Part shown: positions 53,193 to 58,878 of the stretch, piece after piece
Numbering within the stretch: position 1 is the first letter of the stretch
Layout: each line of letters opens with the position of its first letter
Assembly (NCBI RefSeq): GCF_001194135.2
Contig: NC_068991.1
Coordinates: 21,334,536 to 21,393,413 of the forward strand
DNA: 58,878 bases
Direction of reading: 5' to 3'
From: Octopus bimaculoides
Taxonomy: Eukaryota
Program-made: the position numbers and the translations under genes
The notes under the pieces: model-generated
Databases searched by the model: none
Seen by the model: the letters and a program-made list of their open reading frames with translations, nothing else
Told to the model about the DNA's origin: nothing

Positions 53193-56100
53193 GGCGGTGA
53201 GCTGGCAGAATCGTTAGTACACCCGACGAAACACTTAGAGGTATTACAGCCGTCGCTATGTTCTGAGTTCAAATTCCGCCGATGTCGACTTCGCCTTTCA
53301 TCCTTTCGGGGTCGATAAATTAAGTACCAGTGAAACACTGGGGTCGATGTAATTCACTTTCCCCCTCCCCAAAAATTTCAGACCTTATGCCTATTTTAGA
53401 CAGGATTGTTTTTGATCTTGATGATGGTTTAGAGAGTAACTCAGTTAACTGAAAGTATCATTTCAATCATCCATTCGGGCGTTTTATCTAAAGTGTTTAC
53501 AAGTTTACCCGTGATCCATCTCTGCCTCATTCGTTACTTAAATAGGAAATATACATACACCATGCCTCACGTATTAGCAGCATCTGCGGAATGAAGAAAC
53601 TTGTGGAGGACATGAATTATAAATATGAAGCACAGAAACAAAATGCCGATGGACTTAAGACCTACTGGAAATGCGAAATTAAGTCCTGTAACGCTCGAGT
53701 CCACACCATGACCCACGATGAAGATTATACCACGTTGGTGAATATCATCATAGGTCATATATTTCGAAACCCAAAGGTCGAGAAACCCTAACCCTGAAGG
53801 CACAAGCAGCTGCTTCCCAGGAATCTTCTCGTTCATTAATTGCAATTCTTGTGAAAAGCTTGATGATAATAAAATGGCTCACATTGTATAAGTACGCATG
53901 CGTGCTGGAGATACAAAAAACAATGTGCAGATGCTGTGTAAAAACGGTCGTTAGCAGTTGTTTGAGAAGAGATATCGGAACTACGTGTTGGTGAATTGAT
54001 AGTTGTTAAATCATTATACAAGAAGTCAGCAATTATAATAAAACATAACAGTAAGTCGTAATGTAAAGAATTGGCGTCAAGCAAAAGTAAGTGCCCCTCC
54101 GATCCCTCAGAGTCGATTTGGCTGTGAGATACCCGATGAATACAAGTTCCTTGATAGTGGCAAACTTTTCTTGTAGTTTGATATTGGTGAAACTGATGTA
54201 GACAGATTACTTGTTTGCAACTGATAATGGGCTTGATGACTTAGTAAATGTAAAAGACTGGGCAGGTGATGGAACTTTTAAAATGCACCCCAACTATATT
54301 TCATCAGTTGTACACTCTTCATATTCAAGTGGATTCATTCAGTGTTCCATGATTGTTTGCATTACTTCCAAACAAGAATCAAGAAACCTACATCCGCCTT
54401 TTTAATAAGCCTAATGAATTATGTCAAGGGATGAACCCTGAAAACGTTACGATGGATTTTGAAAAAGTTCACATTAATAGCTTTTTATCTGTGCTTCCTA
54501 GTGCTTCTATCTCATGTTGTCTTTTTCATCTATCTCAAAATGTGTACAGAAAAGTATGTGAATTTGGATTTAAGGAAAGATACCATCATGATAGTGAAGG
54601 CGCAATGGCCCAGCGGTTAGGGCAGCGGACTCGCGGTCATAGGATCGCGGTTTCGATCCTCAGACCGAGCGTTGTGAGTGTTTATTGAGCGAAAACACCT
54701 AAAGCTCCACGAGGCTCTGGCAGGGGATGGTGGCGAACCCTGCTGTACTCTTTCACCACAACTTTCTCTCACTCTTTCTTCCTGTTTCTGTTGTACCTGT
54801 AATTCAAAGGGTCAGCCTTGTCACACTCTGTCACGCTGAATATCCCCTAGAACTACGTTAAGGTTACACGTGTCTGTGGAGTGCTCAGCCACTTGCACGT
54901 TAATTTCACGAGCATGCTATTCCGTTGATCGGATCAACTGGAACCCTCGATATCGTAAGGATGGAGTGCCAAAAAAAAAGAAGACTATCATGATAATAAG
55001 TTTGGCATTAAAATCAGATGCTTTTTCAGCGCTGGCTTTTCTTCCTCGCGATGATGTGATTGATGGCTTCAGATATTTTGTAGATGACGACGATCTTCCG
55101 TAAAAACTTGTGTCTTACTTTAAATTATCGTACATAGGATCCATGCGAGGTAGAGGAATTAGACAACGAAGAACTTCTTTGTTTCCCGTTGATAGTTGGA
55201 ATGTAAGCTTCAGAACAGAAGCGGATATGCCTCGCACTAATAACCATTTAGCACATATCCGAATCTATGGAAATTAATTACTACATTGAAAAGGGAAAAA
55301 CACTTGGCACAATTCAGAAAGGTTGAATTTGATAGAGGTGAGATCTGCAAGACTAAAACAAAATATGAAAATAAGATGAATATTTACGAGCAATACTCTT
55401 TTATTCTTTTACTTGTTTCAGTCATTTGACTGTGGCCATGCTGGAGCACCGCCTTTAGTCGAGAAAATCGCCCCCAGGACTTATTCTTTGTAAGCCTAGT
55501 ACTTATTCTATCGGTCACTTTTTGCCGAACCGCTAAGTTACGTGGACGTAAACACACCAGCATCGGTTGTCAAGCGATGATGGTTNNNNNNNNNNNNNNN
55601 NNNNNNNNNNNNNNNNNNNNNNNNNNNNNNNNNNNNNNNNNNNNNNNNNNNNNNNNNNNNNNNNNNNNNNNNNNNNNNNNNNNNNNNNNNNNNNNNNNNN
55701 NNNNNNNNNNNNNNNNNNNNNNATATATATATATATATATATATATATACGACGGGCTTCTTTCAGTTTCCGTCTACCAAATCCACTCACAAGGCTTTGG
55801 TCGGCCCGAGGCTATAGTAGAAGACACTTGTCCAAGGTGCCACGCAGTGGGACTGAACCCGGAACCATGTGGTTGGTAAGCAAGCTACTTACCACACAGC
55901 CACTCCTGTACCTCATAACCTTCATCATTATTGAAGCCTTTAGTAATATTTTTATGTTTTACTGAACTTTTTATTCTATCTTTATTCAAGGTTATATTTT
56001 TTTATAATATCATGTATGAAATTACCAGGAGTGAAATTACCAGGAGTGAAATTACCAGGAGTGAAATTACCAGGAGTGAAATTACCAGGAGTGAAATTAC

Positions 56101-57583
56101 CAGGTGTCAAATTACTGGTTACCGTCATTATTCCGTTTTATTTGGAGCTGGTTTCAAACCTAGATCTAAGACTCCTTTATTGAAATTTCAGCAACATCAA
56201 CAAAGTATTTTTGCATGTACGTATGTATATGTGCTGTGTTTGGTGTCAGTGCATGTGCAGATTTGTATGTTCTGCTTTGTGCATGTATTTTCATGCATAC
56301 AGTTTCAATTCTAGCCATGAGCATATATATAAACGAATAAACACCTGGAAAATTTTACAAATCTTTAGTTCCAGTGATGGCTTAGATCTATATTCTTCGA
56401 ATTATCTTTATCGTTTCTGGTTTTGAGAAGCGTAATTTCTCTAGATTGGTACTTAGGCAGCGTGCTACATAACCCAGTGTCCCAAATACTAAGTCTGAAC
56501 TTATAACCTTGGTAAAGTAACTGCACATTTCTCAATAGCTCCGCGTAGATATTTTCTTTTTCACTGATATTTAGCCTTATGTTCACATCCGTTGGGTAGA
56601 TAGTTTCCACTACTGTACACAGTTTCTGTCTGTCTGTATGTATGTATGTGTGTAAGTATGTATGTTTGTATGTATGTTTTGTTTTATTCTTTGAAGCATT
56701 GTAGTTTACCCGATTTTTTTCTACTTGAGTCCATTAGAACAAACCACTACAAATCCTTGTTAGAGTGTCCGAGAAAACGAAGTAAGGGTCTGCTTGCTTG
56801 TAATGACAAGGAATTGTATGACATTTAATGATAAAGTCAAACCAAATAGTGATATTTTGAATGCATTTAATGCTAGATTATTATGTAAGTCGGAAAAAGA
56901 ATTCATCTCTTACAAGTGTCTTCTTCGGTTAAGATATGTCAAAACGTAAATGGTACAGTAGAATTCCCTTTATATAGCCTTGGTCGGACTATATCAACAT
57001 AACCTTCCTACCAGAAGGAGAAAAGGCCTAACTAGAGAGATTGAGTATTTATAGAGGGAAAAACGAAATAGAAAGAAAGCACCTACCCTCGATTTCATCC
57101 CCTTTCAGCACTTACATTCTCCCTATCAACCCTATCTTTTATATGCCCCCTCCATTTCTTTGCATTTCTTTGGCCTTTACTTCAGTTCCATTTTGGGGGG
57201 TTTTTTCTCCTTACCCACATCATCCTGATATATCATCCATTTAGCTATTTGCTTATTGATTTATTAATTATTCATCTTTTCTATTTAGTTAGCTTCCCAA
57301 TTCTCACCACTTAGACCGACCTAGTTTTGCCTTTCCTCTGCCTTATTTAGAACCTTTCCCCTTTCCCCTTCTCGTTCTTGCACACCTGCTCTCTCCCTTT
57401 CCCTTAGAAGGACTAACTTCGTAATATTTTAAAGGAAATGCTTATTATAAGTGACTCCTTACCGTATTTCTGTGGGAAATAATTCCGAAATGTAAATCCT
57501 ATCACCACCAGCAGCACCATTCGATGTAGCACCAGTAAGAACAAACAATACCAAGTAGAGGTATTTCGTTGTCTCGCTTTTCT
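51043..57583 (-). CDS. SLC22-family gene 3, partial (last 3 exons: 57463-57583, 52608-52680, 51043-51174); inverted paralog of gene 2
   Basis: Minus-strand exons of 121/73/132 nt with GT-AG boundaries and an open frame: KSETTKYL...DRIYISELFPTEIR / SAGSGFATISVRIVGLASPFLKPL / GLNIPWAPG...LPETGNLVLPQKIDDVI*. Confidence 0.92.
51480..51625 (-). mobile_element. Hammerhead-carrying short element, inverted partner of 52033-52320; hammerhead at 51524-51569 has G12 changed to A
   Basis: GACAC-CTGATGA-A-GGCTG..CAGCC-AAAA-CG-TT-GTGTT. Confidence 0.8.
52033..52320 (+). mobile_element. tRNA-headed element carrying a minimal hammerhead (52194-52239)
   Basis: A-box-like GGCGTAGTGG, B-box-like GAGTTCGATTC, (AAT)n linker, then CTGATGA-A-GGCTG..CAGCC-GAAA-CG-TT. 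Confidence 0.75.
52608..52680 (-). CDS. Gene 3 exon 9 equivalent
   Basis: aatgcag|AAGTGCC...CCATTG|gtaagt on the minus strand. Confidence 0.92.
53190..53405 (+). mobile_element. Abundant tRNA-like SINE family 1, best copy
   Basis: AAGGCGGTGAGCTGGCAGAATCGTTAG...GAGTTCAAATTCC...GGGGTCGAT. Other copies: 6205-6420(+), 11034-11260(+), 20787-20906(-), 21803-22015(+), 23959-24186(-), 34583-34705(+), 40190-40260(+), 47672-47870(+), 49590-49670(+), 57672-57875(-). Confidence 0.85.
53560..55260 (+). mobile_element. Degenerate MULE (Mutator-like) transposase with FLYWCH-like N-terminus, interrupted by a SINE
   Basis: KTYWKCEIKSCNARVHT; WAGDGTFK; FALLPNKNQETYIRLF; MDFEK; CCLFHLSQNVYRK; ALAFLP..DV; PRTNN. 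Confidence 0.85.
54596..54986 (+). mobile_element. tRNA-derived SINE (family 3) with A-tail and TSD
   Basis: Head GGCGCAATGGCCCAGCGGTTAGG...GGTTTCGATCC; poly-A; ATCATGATA duplicated at 54585-54593 and 54987-54995. Confidence 0.85.
55400..55912 (-). mobile_element. tRNA-headed SINE with internal microsatellite (family 2)
   Basis: Minus-strand head GGAGTGGCTGTGTGGTAAG...GGTTCAGTCCC, then (AT)n and a gap, then a tail matching 34080-34250. Confidence 0.78.
56017..56104. repeat. 15-bp minisatellite (TGAAATTACCAGGAG) x5.9
   Basis: Five perfect units plus one partial unit. Confidence 0.95.
56340..56600 (-). mobile_element. RLE-type LINE 3' end at the position paralogous to 38985-39250
   Basis: ENIYAELLRNVQLLYQGYKFR...; the flanking intron is also homologous. 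Confidence 0.75.
57463..57583 (-). CDS. Gene 3 exon 8 equivalent
   Basis: (tta)n-tag|AGAAAAG...AATACG|gtaagg on the minus strand. Confidence 0.92.
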
Positions 57584-57606
57584 CTAATAATAATAATAAA
57601 AATAAT

Positions 57607-57662
<56 letters not shown>

Positions 57663-57671
57663 TCATTATTA

Positions 57672-57875
57672 TCTCAAATTTTTGCCACAAGGGCAGCTTG
57701 GGGGAAGTGGGGATAAATCGATTACATCAACCCCAGTGGTACTTATTTTATCGACCCCGAAAGGATGAAAGGCAAAGTCGACCTCGGCGGAATTTGAACT
57801 CAGAACGTAGCGGCGGCTGAAATACCGCTAAGCATTTCACCCACTGTGATAACGATTCTGCGAGCTCGCCGCCTT
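57672..57875 (-). mobile_element. SINE family 1 copy embedded in (AAT)n next to gene 3 exon 8
   Basis: Reverse complement of the 53190-53405 consensus, with (AAT)n on both sides. Confidence 0.85.
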
Positions 57876-58629
57876 AATAATAATAATAATAATCTTCTCT
57901 GTACAAGGCCTGAAATTTTGGGAGAACGAATAAGTCTGACCAACTGACGATAACCTATCTCCTCGACAGAATCACGATCATTGTCCCCAACACTGAAATG
58001 CGAAGGGAACAGGACCAACTTATGGGTAGTAAGAATTCTACAGTCTTGATCGACAATCTTACTAGGGATGGCGTCTCGATAAAAATACCGCTTGCTGGCT
58101 AACCTTAAAACACATATCTCAATGTTGAGTGAAAATGTCTAATACAAATGTATCAAATGATGGTGTTAATGAGGCTGGAACCAAAAGTGAAACCCTTTCG
58201 CCCAGCAGACGCCCCGTGGTTGAGCAGCGCAAGCCGGGTCGTCATCCAGAGACTGCTTGTACACAAAGCCAAAGGTTAAGAAGTTGGGATAATGAAACAA
58301 ACCAAACCCAGCATAAGAGGGATTCCGACAACGAGTGAAAGCAATCAGAAGGCATCAAGAGGAATATAAAGGAAATTGGAATAGAGCGCCTAGAAGAACT
58401 GCTACAAAAGGTTTGCCAGAATAATCACTATGTTGTGCCTTGTTCACTTCCACTGCGTAGATTTGGGGCAAGTGTTTTTTTTTTTGCTGTATTCCTGGGT
58501 CGAGCGATTCCCTTGTGAGAGAATTTGCTTGGTGGAAACTGAGTGGATGCTCGTCACTGTATGTATGTAGGTATGCATGTATGTATGTACATACATCCAT
58601 ACATACATACATATATATATTTATATATA

Positions 58630-58842
58630 CAAGGTGGCGCAAAAGTAAGTTTACAGTTGCTCAACTATATCTTTTGCATTCATATATTAACAGTCTAGTT
58701 CTTAATTTCAAAAAATATGAAACTATTATTCTATGCTAATTTAGTTCATTTTAAGATAGAAATTTAAATGTAATAAAATGTTTTAAAAGAAATTTAAAAT
58801 GCCTACATGATAACTGTAGACCTACTTTTGGGCCACTCTCTC
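58630..58842. mobile_element. Tc1/mariner-type MITE
   Basis: TIRs GTGGCGCAAAAGTAAGTTTACAGTT / AACTGTAGACCTACTTTTGGGCCAC in TA-rich flanks. Confidence 0.75.
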
Positions 58843-58878
58843 TATATATATACATATTATATATATATATATATATAT

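Noticed and set aside
53160-53405. Idea that SINE family 1 is mobilised by the R4/Dong elements because both sit in triplet repeats
   Set aside because: In element sense the SINE flanks are (ATT)n while the R4 flanks are (AAT)n, and I see no shared 3' tail.
57459-57662. Poly-Leu N-terminal extension in frame with gene 3 exon 8
   Set aside because: It is the intronic (TTA)n tract; the AG acceptor at 57584-57585 matches the paralogs.
58030-58340. Possible 5' end of a LINE ORF
   Set aside because: Short ORF without a diagnostic motif.

Overview
Eukaryotic, AT-rich, gapped draft sequence with abundant microsatellites, tRNA-derived SINEs, LINE and DNA-transposon remnants. The repeat landscape suggests an octopod cephalopod, but this is inference only. 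The window holds a cluster of divergent SLC22-family (MFS organic ion transporter) genes. Gene 1 (+) shows its last four exons at 71-6073. Gene 2 (+) is complete: 10 exons, 14755-42923, 555 aa. Gene 3 (-) shows its last three exons at 51043-57583 and is an inverted, tail-to-tail duplicate of gene 2. A dead partial duplicate of the gene 1 3' end lies at about 8521-11275. All exons have GT-AG boundaries and compatible phases. Top observations: (1) several distinct minimal type-I hammerhead-ribozyme motifs linked to Penelope-like elements, including one carried by an element with a tRNA-like Pol III head; (2) a strong excess of amino-acid-changing differences between genes 2 and 3 in the TM10-TM11 exons, plus an unusual conserved TM10 Asp; (3) an exon acceptor built on an (ATT)n microsatellite that took different insertions in the two paralogs; (4) RLE-type LINE ends sorted by microsatellite type. 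No databases or tools were used. Family assignments rest on recognised motifs and by-eye alignment.
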